This document shows, piece after piece, positions 20,799 to 30,604 of a stretch of 44,938 bases of DNA. The DNA lies in IMG/VR virus record IMGVR_UViG_3300032225_001931, positions 1-44,938 of that record. One strand, 5' to 3'. The stretch comes from a virus. Lineage: Duplodnaviria; Caudoviricetes. The notes beneath the pieces were generated by a model that made no database searches, was not told where the DNA came from, and saw only the letters and a program-made list of their open reading frames with translations. The position numbers and the translations under genes were made by a program. The stretch's first letter is position 1. Every line of letters begins with the position of its first letter.

Positions 20799-21146
20799 TT
20801 TTCGTTTGCCTTTTCTGCGGGCGATATCATTAAGGCTGCACACTGGGCCGTGCAAGATCTCCAGGTCCTTGTTCACAAAAGTGCGTAAGCACAGTCGGAA
20901 TTCTTCCCATTCGCCACGTAGGAATATGTTGATGGGTATGCTTCGATTTGATTCCCACCACCAAGTGTTGGCCAGATCAATATAGCGACGTTTCTGTTCA
21001 GGATCTTGTATCATACCAAAGTCGTAGACGGTAGTGATCACGTCATCGCGGTTTTGCACTATGCCAACATATTCCATGTTGGAGTACACACACAAGGTTA
21101 TGAAAGGATACTTGTCTGCAAGTTTTTGAAATAAGTCGCTGCCCAT
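20769..21146 (-). CDS. hypothetical protein
   Basis: 125-aa ORF preceded by a T4-type late promoter TATAAATA (21170-21163, minus strand). Confidence 0.7.
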   Translation of the reverse strand: MGSDLFQKLADKYPFITLCVYSNMEYVGIVQNRDDVITTVYDFGMIQDPEQKRRYIDLANTWWWESNRSIPINIFLRGEWEEFRLCLRTFVNKDLEILHGPVCSLNDIARRKGKRKSITLVRRVE

Positions 21147-21162
21147 ATTGTATTAGTTTGGA

Positions 21163-21192
21163 TATTTATACTCCGAGACTTCGAGGTAAATA
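21163..21192. promoter_or_regulatory. divergent T4-like late promoters
   Basis: TATAAATA on the minus strand (21170-21163) and TAAATA on the plus strand (21187-21192), followed by a GGAG Shine-Dalgarno. Confidence 0.6.
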
Positions 21193-21209
21193 TCATTGGA
21201 GCTCACCAC

Positions 21210-22301
21210 ATGTATTCAACCCAGATCTATATCTATCAACAAATCCAACGTGTGTTGGTATTGGATACCACGGATGGTGACGTTTTTGACCGGAGGTGGG
21301 ATCCTGTGTATGCTAAAAAATTAACCATCAACAAAGGTGTTGACAACGTGATTTTGTTTGAGTTCATCAATCAAGATCAAAAACCTGTGAACATCACAGG
21401 CTCGGCATTGCGATTCAAACTGATCAATCTAGCAGGCACAGCGCAGCTGATTGAAAAAGACATGGTCATAATCAACGCACAATTTGGGCGTGCCAAGGTC
21501 ACATTAACAGCAGCAGAGACCACAGAGTTTCCGCCAGAACCGTCAAGCTACAGCATAGAACGAGCGAGTGGTAATCTAGTAGAAGCAGTATTTGTAGATG
21601 CTCAAGCACAAGGACGTGGTGATGTAGACATCGTTGACAGTGTGAAGCCGGCATTTGTGCCCAGCCAATTGGTCACAATTCCCACAATTTATGGACCAGA
21701 AACATATCTAGATCCTGTGTGGAATTCAAATGTTCCTGATTGGGCATTGAACCCCCCAGGTGCGTATGGCAACGTCTACAATGATCCCCAGAGATTCAGC
21801 AGCCATGTTCCCACAAATGGCACCAGCTTTACCACCTTCCAAATGGAGATGGATCATTACACTGGTAATGTCAAAGTGCAAGGTGCTCAAAACTATGAAT
21901 CGGTATGGGCAGATGTGACTAATGTGCAAAGCTATTACAACAAAACCGGCACTGACTATATCAATGTGGCAGGATATCATCCGCTGTTGAGGTTGGTCAG
22001 TGACCAATGGCCAGGAACACAACAGGTTCAGTTGGCCACTGCCACTGCTTATGGAGCCAATGGTGTGATAACATCAATCACAGTGAATCAAGGTGGGTAT
22101 GGATATCTAGCGCCGCCCAAGGTCAGCATCATTGGCCTGGGTGCAGGTGCTGTGGCCGAAGCAGAAATTACCGGCGATCAGGTCAGCGCCATAAATGTTA
22201 TAGACGGTGGCTCAGGGTATGTGACCAACCCGCAGCAAACCAACAAGGTAGCGGTAATCGGTATCAGTCGTGGAGCCATCATAAGCATACTAGTTAGATG
22301 A
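21210..22301 (+). CDS. putative virion structural protein (baseplate/tail)
   Basis: Beta-rich N-terminus. C-terminal I.V..GG.GY repeats are typical of T4-like tail and baseplate proteins. Late promoter. Confidence 0.6.
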   Translation: MYSTQIYIYQQIQRVLVLDTTDGDVFDRRWDPVYAKKLTINKGVDNVILFEFINQDQKPVNITGSALRFKLINLAGTAQLIEKDMVIINAQFGRAKVTLTAAETTEFPPEPSSYSIERASGNLVEAVFVDAQAQGRGDVDIVDSVKPAFVPSQLVTIPTIYGPETYLDPVWNSNVPDWALNPPGAYGNVYNDPQRFSSHVPTNGTSFTTFQMEMDHYTGNVKVQGAQNYESVWADVTNVQSYYNKTGTDYINVAGYHPLLRLVSDQWPGTQQVQLATATAYGANGVITSITVNQGGYGYLAPPKVSIIGLGAGAVAEAEITGDQVSAINVIDGGSGYVTNPQQTNKVAVIGISRGAIISILVR

Positions 22302-23029
22302 CATTTAAAAAAATCGTAGGGTTTGGTGACTCGTGGATGTATGGAGATGAGTTACTGGATCCAGCACTGAAACAAAAACATCCCGATGCACATTCATGTT
22401 GGACACAGAATGATCAGTATCGCAATCAATACAACTTCTTGGGGTTACTAGGGCAACACTATCAGGTGTCTGTAGAGAACTTTGGTATTCCTGGTGGCAG
22501 CATGCAGAGTTCAATCTGGACATTCCAGTGGTGGTTGGATCATGAACCCGAACCAGAAAAATGTTTGGTGTTGATAGGGCATACAGATCCGGATCGATTG
22601 AGTTTTTATAACCCCAATCATCGACAATACAGTAATGATCCACCGTGGAACCGATTTGTTCATTCAAGCTGGGCAGAATACGGATCAAGCGCGGTGCCAG
22701 AGGATTTCCGCACCATGGCCAAGTTGCATCTGGTGCTGTCAAATTGTTCAGAGCTCACCAGACTCAATTACTTACAGACTGTGCAGTTTTTTGATGGTGT
22801 GGCTGCTCGACAAAATCTCAATGTCATGCAGTTTCATGTGATGCCTGCTGAGGCCAAACTAGATCTTCCCACCATGATCTGGCCCGACTTCTCTACCACT
22901 GAGTGGTTCCGAGATCATCCAGGTAACCAGCGTCGCGAACTCATAATGCCCGGCGGCCATCCCAACGAGATCGGGCATGTGATGATCTCAGAAAAGTTGA
23001 TTTCTACCATAGACTCTGCTACAATGTAA
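22298..23029 (+). CDS. SGNH/GDSL hydrolase-like protein
   Basis: GFGDSW block I, NFGIPGGS and C-terminal GHPNEIGH. Confidence 0.55.
   Translation: MTFKKIVGFGDSWMYGDELLDPALKQKHPDAHSCWTQNDQYRNQYNFLGLLGQHYQVSVENFGIPGGSMQSSIWTFQWWLDHEPEPEKCLVLIGHTDPDRLSFYNPNHRQYSNDPPWNRFVHSSWAEYGSSAVPEDFRTMAKLHLVLSNCSELTRLNYLQTVQFFDGVAARQNLNVMQFHVMPAEAKLDLPTMIWPDFSTTEWFRDHPGNQRRELIMPGGHPNEIGHVMISEKLISTIDSATM
22997..23025 (+). promoter_or_regulatory. sigma70-type promoter of primase
   Basis: TTGATT-N17-TACAAT (TGCTACAAT), with ATG 23032 six nt downstream. Confidence 0.55.
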
Positions 23030-23031
23030 GG

Positions 23032-24012
23032 ATGCTAGACATCCTCGGTTATCTGCCTGTGAAACGAAAAGCCACGCCCTCGGGTTGGATATCGTTCAAT
23101 GCTGTGTGCTGTGCTCACAATGGCAGCACAGCGGATCGGCGCAGTCGTGGAGGCCTCAAGCCCACAGAAACAGGTTGGAGTTATCACTGCTTCAACTGCA
23201 CCTACACCGCCAGCTTTATCCTTGGCCGTTCGTTGAGTTTTAAGGCCCGCAGGCTCTTGGGCTGGTTAGGTGTTCCTGACGCAGAGATCGATGCGTTGAA
23301 CTTAGAGAGCCTGCGTCATCGCAGCATACATGGTATCATAGACGATCGACAAAGAACGTTCAATGCCCTGGCGGATATACGATTTGAAGAACAAGAACTG
23401 CCACCATTGAGTGAGTTGCTGATCGAGGAAGATTTTCGCAGAGACTATCTAAGGCAACGATGTGTGCCCGATGACTATCCTGTGATGATACAAGATCATC
23501 CGGAAAGAATATGGCAACCTCGCCCCAGTGTGATCATTCCATTCACACACAACGATGTTATCGTAGGCCACACACAGAGATTCTTGGACGACCGCAAGCC
23601 CAAATACATCAGCAACAGCCAGCCCGGTTATGTGTTTGGCACAGACCTACAGCACTACGACTGGACCCATGCGATCGTGACAGAAGGTATATTTGATGCG
23701 CTCTGTATCGGCGGGCTGGCCGTGATGCACAGCACAGTAAGTGATGAACAAGCACGATTGATCCGCAGGCTGGGTAAAGAGATCACAGTGGTGCCCGATC
23801 AAGACTTGTCAGGCATGGAACTGGTGGATCGTGCAGTGGAACTGGGATGGGCAGTGAGCATGCCACCATGGCCTGCGGACATCAAGGATGTGAATGACTC
23901 AGTGATGCGTTATGGTAGACTGGCAACTGTGCTAACTATATTTGAAAATCGTGAAACCAGTCGGATCAAAATAGAACTAAGGAAGAAAAATCTTGTCAAG
24001 CGGCTACAATAA
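23032..24012 (+). CDS. gp61: DNA primase, T4 gp61-like
   Basis: Zn-binding CC..H and YHCFNC. TOPRIM VTEGIFDA and PDQD..G. KDVND. Confidence 0.85.
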   Translation: MLDILGYLPVKRKATPSGWISFNAVCCAHNGSTADRRSRGGLKPTETGWSYHCFNCTYTASFILGRSLSFKARRLLGWLGVPDAEIDALNLESLRHRSIHGIIDDRQRTFNALADIRFEEQELPPLSELLIEEDFRRDYLRQRCVPDDYPVMIQDHPERIWQPRPSVIIPFTHNDVIVGHTQRFLDDRKPKYISNSQPGYVFGTDLQHYDWTHAIVTEGIFDALCIGGLAVMHSTVSDEQARLIRRLGKEITVVPDQDLSGMELVDRAVELGWAVSMPPWPADIKDVNDSVMRYGRLATVLTIFENRETSRIKIELRKKNLVKRLQ

Positions 24013-24832
24013 AAAAGTTATCTTGTTTCAAGTGGGCGCCAGCGGTCATTTTCTAGCTGAGTTTTTAAATACAGGAGATATCAAGGTTTTACCAAATCGA
24101 CGAATTGATCACAAACAAAAGTTATCATCAGTTTTTGTTGACGAGACTCGAGACGAGTATAAGTTCAGAGGTGGATGTTCCGCAGATTGTATAACTGCTA
24201 TAAAGAATGCTATCGCCAATGACGATCAACGAATCATATTAAGCCATTGTGATAGTGTAAGTGAATTTCGACCACTTACCAACAGGGTCTGGATTAGAAA
24301 AATATTGCCAAACACGAATTTTTTTGGGTGGATAAAAAATGCAGTATATAAAACTCACGACGTTGATCATGTGATCAACCAACGCATGCCACAACAGATA
24401 GACTTTTATTTTACAAATTTAAAACATTGGTTCGAAATAAATCTTGCCGACCAAGACAGGCCCATTGACATGATCATTGACTTTGGAAAACTGTGTGATA
24501 TACAGTATCTCACAGACTTATACGTATCTGCAAATGATTGCACCCCCAGTGAATCTCGAATCGAGTTTGCTGAACAATATGTTAGTAAACAATTTGCCCC
24601 AATGAATGATTGCTCGTCCACTAGCATGATAGATATTATAAGACATGTAGCCCCAACGGATTCTTTTGACATAGCAACTGTGTTGTTCATGTATGAAAAG
24701 AATCACCACAGTATCGATAAAAATCGTCAATGGGCACTCAATGACTTTCCAGACTCGATCTCACAATGCATTGAGTTTTTGATCGCAAATTCACAGAACT
24801 ACTCAATTTTTTCAAAGGATTCAAATTGTTAA
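23993..24832 (+). CDS. hypothetical protein (AT-rich insertion, possible sulfotransferase-like P-loop)
   Basis: Long ORF between primase and helicase with an N-terminal GASGHFL loop. Start codon uncertain. Confidence 0.55.
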   Translation: MSSGYNKKVILFQVGASGHFLAEFLNTGDIKVLPNRRIDHKQKLSSVFVDETRDEYKFRGGCSADCITAIKNAIANDDQRIILSHCDSVSEFRPLTNRVWIRKILPNTNFFGWIKNAVYKTHDVDHVINQRMPQQIDFYFTNLKHWFEINLADQDRPIDMIIDFGKLCDIQYLTDLYVSANDCTPSESRIEFAEQYVSKQFAPMNDCSSTSMIDIIRHVAPTDSFDIATVLFMYEKNHHSIDKNRQWALNDFPDSISQCIEFLIANSQNYSIFSKDSNC

Positions 24833-26268
24833 AAGACTACGGAGTTGATGTCCAACGCTTGTTCCTGGAGATGATGTTGGAGGATGCACAAGGCTATGTG
24901 CGTGTGCAGAATATCTACAATCCAGAGAACTTTGATCGGAGCCTGCGACCAGCAGCCGAATTCATAAAAGAGCACGGCGACAAATACAAGACCCTGCCGG
25001 ACCGGTCGCAGATAGCAGCCACCACTGGTATTAAACTGCAAGCAGTGCCTGAACTCAACGAAGGCCACTTTGAATGGTTCATGACCGAGTTTGAATCATT
25101 CACTCGACGTCAGGAACTGGAACGAGCCATTCTCAAAGCCGCAGACCTGTTGGAAAAGGGTGATTATGATCCTGTGGAGAAACTGATCAAGGATGCTGTG
25201 CAGATCTCACTGACCAAGGACATGGGCACAGATTACTTTGCTGATCCTGCTGGTCGCATACGCCGGTATTTTGAATCAGGTGGGCAGGTAAGCACAGGCT
25301 GGCCACAGATGGATCGATTGTTGTATGGCGGATTCAGCAGAGGCGAGCTCAACATCTTTGCCGGTGGATCCGGGTCGGGTAAGAGTCTTGTGATGATGAA
25401 CATAGCATTGAACTGGGTGCAACAAGGACTCAGTGGTGTATATATCACGTTGGAACTGAGTGAAGAACTCACTAGTTTGAGAACTGACGCCATGCTCACA
25501 AACATGAGCACCAAAGACATCCGCAAGGACATCGACACAGCAGAGCTCAAGGTCAAACTGGTGGCCAAGAAGTCGGGCAACTATCAGGTGAAAGGATTAC
25601 CGGCACAATCAAACATCAATGACATCCGAGCATACCTGAAAGAGTATCAGATCCAAACAGGCAAGCGGGTAGACTTTGTGATGATCGACTACTTGGACTT
25701 GTTGATGCCTGTGAGTGCCAAGGTCAGTCCCAATGACTTGTTTGTGAAAGACAAGTATGTGAGTGAAGAACTGCGTAACTTGGCCAAGGAACTACAGATG
25801 CTCATGGTCACTGCATCGCAGTTGAATCGATCAGCAGTGGAAGAAGTGGAGTTTGATCACAGTCATATCTCGGGCGGTATCTCAAAGATCAACACAGCAG
25901 ACAATGTGTTTGGTATCTTGACTTCACGATCCATGAAAGAGCGTGGCAAGTATCAGATTCAATGTATGAAATCGCGTAGTTCAACAGGCGTAGGGCAGAA
26001 GATTGATCTGGAATACAACATTGACACCATGCGGATCACAGATGCAGGCGGCGACGAAAACGATAACGGATTCCGCAAGCCCAGCAGCGTGATGGAATCT
26101 ATCAAGGCTCGAGCCAGTGTGGCACCAGCAGATGCCTCGGCACCTGTGAAGTGGGAACGAGGTCAGCCCAAGCCGGGTGTGGATCCACTAGACCCCACAC
26201 CCAAAATCACAGCAGATGTGCAAAGCAACAAGCTCAAGGAGCTGTTGGGTAAGATCAAAACTGGTTAA
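24826..26268 (+). CDS. gp41: replicative DnaB-like helicase, T4 gp41-like
   Basis: GGSGSGKS, ITLELSE, MIDYLDL, TASQLNR and KSR. TTG start with AAGGA Shine-Dalgarno. Confidence 0.92.
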   Translation: MLKDYGVDVQRLFLEMMLEDAQGYVRVQNIYNPENFDRSLRPAAEFIKEHGDKYKTLPDRSQIAATTGIKLQAVPELNEGHFEWFMTEFESFTRRQELERAILKAADLLEKGDYDPVEKLIKDAVQISLTKDMGTDYFADPAGRIRRYFESGGQVSTGWPQMDRLLYGGFSRGELNIFAGGSGSGKSLVMMNIALNWVQQGLSGVYITLELSEELTSLRTDAMLTNMSTKDIRKDIDTAELKVKLVAKKSGNYQVKGLPAQSNINDIRAYLKEYQIQTGKRVDFVMIDYLDLLMPVSAKVSPNDLFVKDKYVSEELRNLAKELQMLMVTASQLNRSAVEEVEFDHSHISGGISKINTADNVFGILTSRSMKERGKYQIQCMKSRSSTGVGQKIDLEYNIDTMRITDAGGDENDNGFRKPSSVMESIKARASVAPADASAPVKWERGQPKPGVDPLDPTPKITADVQSNKLKELLGKIKTG

Positions 26269-27119
26269 AATCTAACGGGACTATTGGCATCAAATGCATA
26301 ATCTTTCTTTGACAAAAGACAATCATCTATGTGGTTGACCCATTGTTTAGTTTTTTCGTCAACTGAATATTCAGAGAGATTTTCTTCAACCCATTCAAGA
26401 TGTATCTTAGGGCTAGGATGTTGATCAATTTCATTAAACATGACTGAAGAAATTCTTCGGTCTTTTTTTGCTGCTATCAGGAACTCTTTGCATTCGTTTT
26501 TAATAAAGTCAGTCAATGCCATTGATTCAAAAGATTCATCTAATATAGATTCTAAGTCGGGCCAATCTTTACCTCTAAGACGATGAAACAAATCATCTAC
26601 TTCTATTTTAGACTTTGGGCTCAAGGTATAAGTTTGAGAATTATCAGCAAACGGTGCATATACTATATTGGATATCAATGGGTTATACAAAGCAAACGCA
26701 TCAGAGTCAGTTTCGGGTTGGACCCATTGGAACATTTTCCATTTGCAACCGATCTGACTCAGAACATGCATAGCAGATGCCATCCATGCATAAGACAACA
26801 TCTCATAGCCCTGGGGGCATGAATATGGGTATTCCGTTGATCTTAGGTCAAAATACCGATTGTGCAGATGCCCCCAGTTGTTCAATTGATAGTAATCAAT
26901 ACGAGACAATCCGGACCACATGATTATTACAGTATCGTTGGTATCTATGTTATTCCTTAGATTACATTCGTTTAACGAATTTAGTATAAAATTATTTCCT
27001 GCTCCGGCCCTGCCCCAATTTTGGAATTCAGAAAAGTTTTTACTTACGATATCGGCCCAGGTTGGATAGTGATACCTAGTAAGACTGCATCCAAAAGTAA
27101 AAAGTCTAGAATTTGTCAT
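26265..27119 (-). CDS. SGNH-like hypothetical protein (AT-rich)
   Basis: FTFGCSLT, NWGRAGAGN, IMWS..R and DQHPS..H. Preceded by TAAATA-N6-ATG. Confidence 0.55.
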   Translation of the reverse strand: MTNSRLFTFGCSLTRYHYPTWADIVSKNFSEFQNWGRAGAGNNFILNSLNECNLRNNIDTNDTVIIMWSGLSRIDYYQLNNWGHLHNRYFDLRSTEYPYSCPQGYEMLSYAWMASAMHVLSQIGCKWKMFQWVQPETDSDAFALYNPLISNIVYAPFADNSQTYTLSPKSKIEVDDLFHRLRGKDWPDLESILDESFESMALTDFIKNECKEFLIAAKKDRRISSVMFNEIDQHPSPKIHLEWVEENLSEYSVDEKTKQWVNHIDDCLLSKKDYAFDANSPVRF

Positions 27120-27182
27120 ATCAGATATTTACTGGATAGCAAACATCAAATCAAATAAATAACTCAAAGGCCTGTGAACGCA

Positions 27183-27431
27183 ATGCAAAAACGCACCCGT
27201 AGTCTGTTGGAAGAACTAGATTCAATGTATGTTGAGCGTGAACGCGACTTGATTATAGAAAGTCGCGCTTCAAACATCATTGCTGGTGCCATCAACTTAT
27301 TAGAACAGATAGATGCTGCGTATTCACCGGAGCAAGCAGAAAATCTCACACGCAAACTGTTGAATGCCATCCGCACTCGAGACACAGGCAAGTTTGCCAG
27401 AACCGTAAGGCGTAGTCATGCAAATCAATAA
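27183..27431 (+). CDS. hypothetical protein
   Basis: Follows TAAATA (27156-27161). Overlaps the start of the next gene. Confidence 0.7.
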   Translation: MQKRTRSLLEELDSMYVERERDLIIESRASNIIAGAINLLEQIDAAYSPEQAENLTRKLLNAIRTRDTGKFARTVRRSHANQ

Positions 27432-29370
27432 ACTGCTGGAAGGCGGAAACGTATTCAAAGGCTCTCGAGGAGAGCCACTCACACAACGTATCAATCGTCA
27501 GGATATACCTGCAACCATTGACTGGATAGAACAAGTAACCGGCATAGAGTTTCCTGAAGATCGTTGGTTAGGATCCACCGGTAAGAAACCATCATCCGGT
27601 GACTTGGATCTTGCTGTGGATCTCAATCAAGTCAGCAAAGAGCAACTGGCCGGGATCCTCACTCAATTTGTGCAAAGTCAAGGGCTAGATCCTAGAGAGT
27701 GGGTCAAAAAGGCCGGAGAAGTGCATTTAAAAACACCCATCGCTGGTGATGCCAATCGCGGGTTTGTTCAGACTGACTTTATGTTTTTCCCTAACCTGGA
27801 CTGGGGTAGTTTTTTCTACTCAGGTGGTGAAGATTCAGAATACAAAGGCATGAACCGTAACGTGTTGATGTCGAGCATAGCTAAAAAACTAGGACTCAAG
27901 GTTGGTGCCAATGGCATGTTCTCTCGCACTACAAATGAACTGGTGCAAGGTGGCATGGATCCTGATTATGTAGCAAGTGTGTTGTTAGGGCGCGGCGCTA
28001 CCCGTGACAATCTAAAGAATGTAGAATCAATCTACGCTGCACTCTCAAATGATCCTGATCGAGAAGCCAAGACAGCAGACTTCCGTGAATATCTAGCCAA
28101 GGAAGGCCAGCGCGAGCCGGACATGACTGTGAGAGAAAGCGATGCCAACTTCTTGGCTCGACTGCGTGATCGCATCGTGAACCAAGGTATGCAGCCATTG
28201 ATTGAAACAAAGAAAACATATCAGCTCTACGAAACAGAGCCTGTGGCTGTGGGTGGCAAAGCCAAAGGCATTGAGCACTTGGAAGACTACGTGTTCCGTA
28301 GTGGATCAGCAGGAGTGGATCGCGCACTGCAAATAGCCGCAGCTTTTTACGATGACCCCAAAACAGGCACAGTAAAATGGGATGGTAAACCTGCCTTGGT
28401 ATTTGGTCGCAAACCGGATACCGGAGAATTTGTGCTCACAGATGATGCAGGATTTACAGCAGCCAACTATGATGGATTATTCACCAGTCCAGAATCCATT
28501 GCCCAGGATATGGCACGTCGTGATGCCAATGCTACAGCCAAAGGAAATGCAGCCACCAGAGTTCAGACTTTATTGCCCACGTATCAAACCATCTGGCCAT
28601 ATCTTGAAGCAGCTACCCCTCAAAACTTTAGAGGTTATGTCAAGGGCGATCTGTTGTATACCACAACACCGCCGGTTGAATCTGGCAATCTAGTATTCCA
28701 ACCCAATACTGTGCAATATCGTATTCCTGTGGCCAGTGATCTAGGCAAGAAGATAGCCAACAGTGAAGTGGGTGTGGCTGTGCATACCATGTATGAAGAT
28801 GTGGATGCACCCAAACAACCACTGAGAGGCGTTAAGTTTAACCCTGTGGATGGATTGTTTTTGATCGAGCCCATACATGCTCAATCTGTAAAAAAGAATC
28901 CGGCTATGATCAAGCAAATCCGATCACTGTTACAGCAGAATCGATCGGCCATAGATACCTTGTTCAATCCAATGGAACTGCGGGCCATGAAGATCACAGA
29001 CTTGGCCAAGTTGGCTATTGATTATATCAACAAACGTATAGATCCCAATCACAAAGCCTACACCGGAGACTTTCGTGACCTTGTGCCTGGGTTCATGACT
29101 TGGTTACAACAAACACAGACTCCTCAGAAAGTCAGTAACATCGCACAATACCTACGTAGTCCAGGTTCAAATGAACAAGGGTTGGCTGCTGCATTCTTGT
29201 TGTTTGAAATGCTGCATGATTTGAAGCTGGATCTACTGGGCAAGCTGGATGCACAGGTTCCGGGCAACGAAGGCTGGGTGTTTGCTACTCCTGTGGGATA
29301 TGGCAAAGCAGTGAACAGATTTGACTTTTCCGCCAGAAACAAAGCGCGAAACAACCCGCCAACCCGATGA
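27418..29370 (+). CDS. fusion of a PolX/Pol-beta-like nucleotidyltransferase and an ATP-dependent ligase-like (KxDG) domain, probable internal head protein
   Basis: G52-S53, D62-L-D64 and D120 in the N-terminal domain. TVK320WDG, KGDLLY, E618GWV and KAVNR in the C-terminal domain. Confidence 0.55.
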   Translation: MQINKLLEGGNVFKGSRGEPLTQRINRQDIPATIDWIEQVTGIEFPEDRWLGSTGKKPSSGDLDLAVDLNQVSKEQLAGILTQFVQSQGLDPREWVKKAGEVHLKTPIAGDANRGFVQTDFMFFPNLDWGSFFYSGGEDSEYKGMNRNVLMSSIAKKLGLKVGANGMFSRTTNELVQGGMDPDYVASVLLGRGATRDNLKNVESIYAALSNDPDREAKTADFREYLAKEGQREPDMTVRESDANFLARLRDRIVNQGMQPLIETKKTYQLYETEPVAVGGKAKGIEHLEDYVFRSGSAGVDRALQIAAAFYDDPKTGTVKWDGKPALVFGRKPDTGEFVLTDDAGFTAANYDGLFTSPESIAQDMARRDANATAKGNAATRVQTLLPTYQTIWPYLEAATPQNFRGYVKGDLLYTTTPPVESGNLVFQPNTVQYRIPVASDLGKKIANSEVGVAVHTMYEDVDAPKQPLRGVKFNPVDGLFLIEPIHAQSVKKNPAMIKQIRSLLQQNRSAIDTLFNPMELRAMKITDLAKLAIDYINKRIDPNHKAYTGDFRDLVPGFMTWLQQTQTPQKVSNIAQYLRSPGSNEQGLAAAFLLFEMLHDLKLDLLGKLDAQVPGNEGWVFATPVGYGKAVNRFDFSARNKARNNPPTR

Positions 29371-29429
29371 TTTTTTGCCGTTTTCATAAATAAGAGTAGG
29401 GCAAAAGCCCACTTTTTAGGAGAAACAAA

Positions 29430-29861
29430 ATGGCAGGATTTACAAAAGTCAATGGAACAATGCAACCAGTGTTCCACATGGACACAGCGAATGGTAACAT
29501 TCAAGGCACAGCTAACATCGCCGCAACCGGCTCAGTTAACTTCCAAGGTCCCAAGCTGGACTTCTTCAGCTTGGTTGCTAACGGCAGTTTGACCACTTCT
29601 GGCAACGTGAATGGCTACATCAACAACCTGATGCAAGCCATCCAGACCAAGGCCACAGTGGCTATGTATCAAGTTAGCCCAGCAGCACCCACAGTGTTGA
29701 ACCTGGCTATCTATCCAACAGACGTATACAGCAATGTGACACTGCTGGCCACTGCTAATACCAGTGCTACAGTGGCATCTGGTGGTCAGAACTTGCAGTT
29801 GAACTCATGCGCCGGTAACGCTGTGTTCACTACAAGCGCAGCAAACTTTGCTCCTACCTAA
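29430..29861 (+). CDS. putative virion structural protein
   Basis: ATAAATA late motif and AGGAG Shine-Dalgarno. Rich in A/T/N/G. Followed by a terminator. Confidence 0.65.
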   Translation: MAGFTKVNGTMQPVFHMDTANGNIQGTANIAATGSVNFQGPKLDFFSLVANGSLTTSGNVNGYINNLMQAIQTKATVAMYQVSPAAPTVLNLAIYPTDVYSNVTLLATANTSATVASGGQNLQLNSCAGNAVFTTSAANFAPT

Positions 29862-29885
29862 TCCGGGTAGTAGCGAACGATCAAG

Positions 29886-29914
29886 GCCCTGGTTTATTTC
29901 CAGGGCTTTTTTTT
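29886..29914 (+). terminator. intrinsic terminator
   Basis: GCCCTGG-N7-CCAGGGC followed by T8. Confidence 0.8.
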
Positions 29915-29929
29915 GGCCGTAAATACGCC

Positions 29930-30340
29930 ATGACCCTAAGCATACGAGTGAAGACTGATTTTGATTGTAGACCTACTGGTATAACTGGACACTTCCGTCC
30001 AAATATCTTGCCCACGACTGACCAACAAGGACAATCAGTCACAGATCAGGCCACTTGGCTGCGAAGTAGAAATCAACAACGCAACTGGGAGACCATAATG
30101 CAGTTGATCAGTCTTTACACACAACCCCTGCGTGTGAGTCATGTGCGATTACAAGATCGTCAGTGGCAGTTTGATTTTGACACAGATCTAGAAGATGTAT
30201 TCCGACTTAATGATGATCCAGTGGGCCGTTTACGGCAAGCATGCACCGGCGTACCCGTGATAAACTATGTAGAACAAGAACTTACCACCTTGTTACGTCC
30301 AGATGTGAACATCTGGTTTGAGCCCTTGAACCATAAATAA
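29930..30340 (+). CDS. hypothetical protein
   Basis: TAAATA-N4-ATG, 136 aa. Confidence 0.7.
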   Translation: MTLSIRVKTDFDCRPTGITGHFRPNILPTTDQQGQSVTDQATWLRSRNQQRNWETIMQLISLYTQPLRVSHVRLQDRQWQFDFDTDLEDVFRLNDDPVGRLRQACTGVPVINYVEQELTTLLRPDVNIWFEPLNHK

Positions 30341-30343
30341 ATC

Positions 30344-30604
30344 ATGGACACAACCGACATCGAAAAGAAAAGCCTAGAAGCCCACGTTGAGCTATGTGCT
30401 GAACGTTATCGTAGTCTTGAACTACAACTAGCATCTGCCAACAACAGTATCTCAAGTTTAAAAATCATGATAACAGAAGTTCATGAGATGGTGCAAGAGA
30501 TGGGTGCCAAGCGCAATGATCAATTGATCGGCTGGGGCATTGGTGTTATTGGATTTCTTGTAGCCACAGTGGGGTGGATGATATCACACTACGTATTGAC
30601 ATGA
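30344..30604 (+). CDS. coiled-coil protein with C-terminal transmembrane helix (possible lysis/holin-like)
   Basis: HVELCAERY coiled coil and LIGWGIGVIGFLVATVGWMI transmembrane segment. TAAATA-N4-ATG. Confidence 0.6.
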   Translation: MDTTDIEKKSLEAHVELCAERYRSLELQLASANNSISSLKIMITEVHEMVQEMGAKRNDQLIGWGIGVIGFLVATVGWMISHYVLT

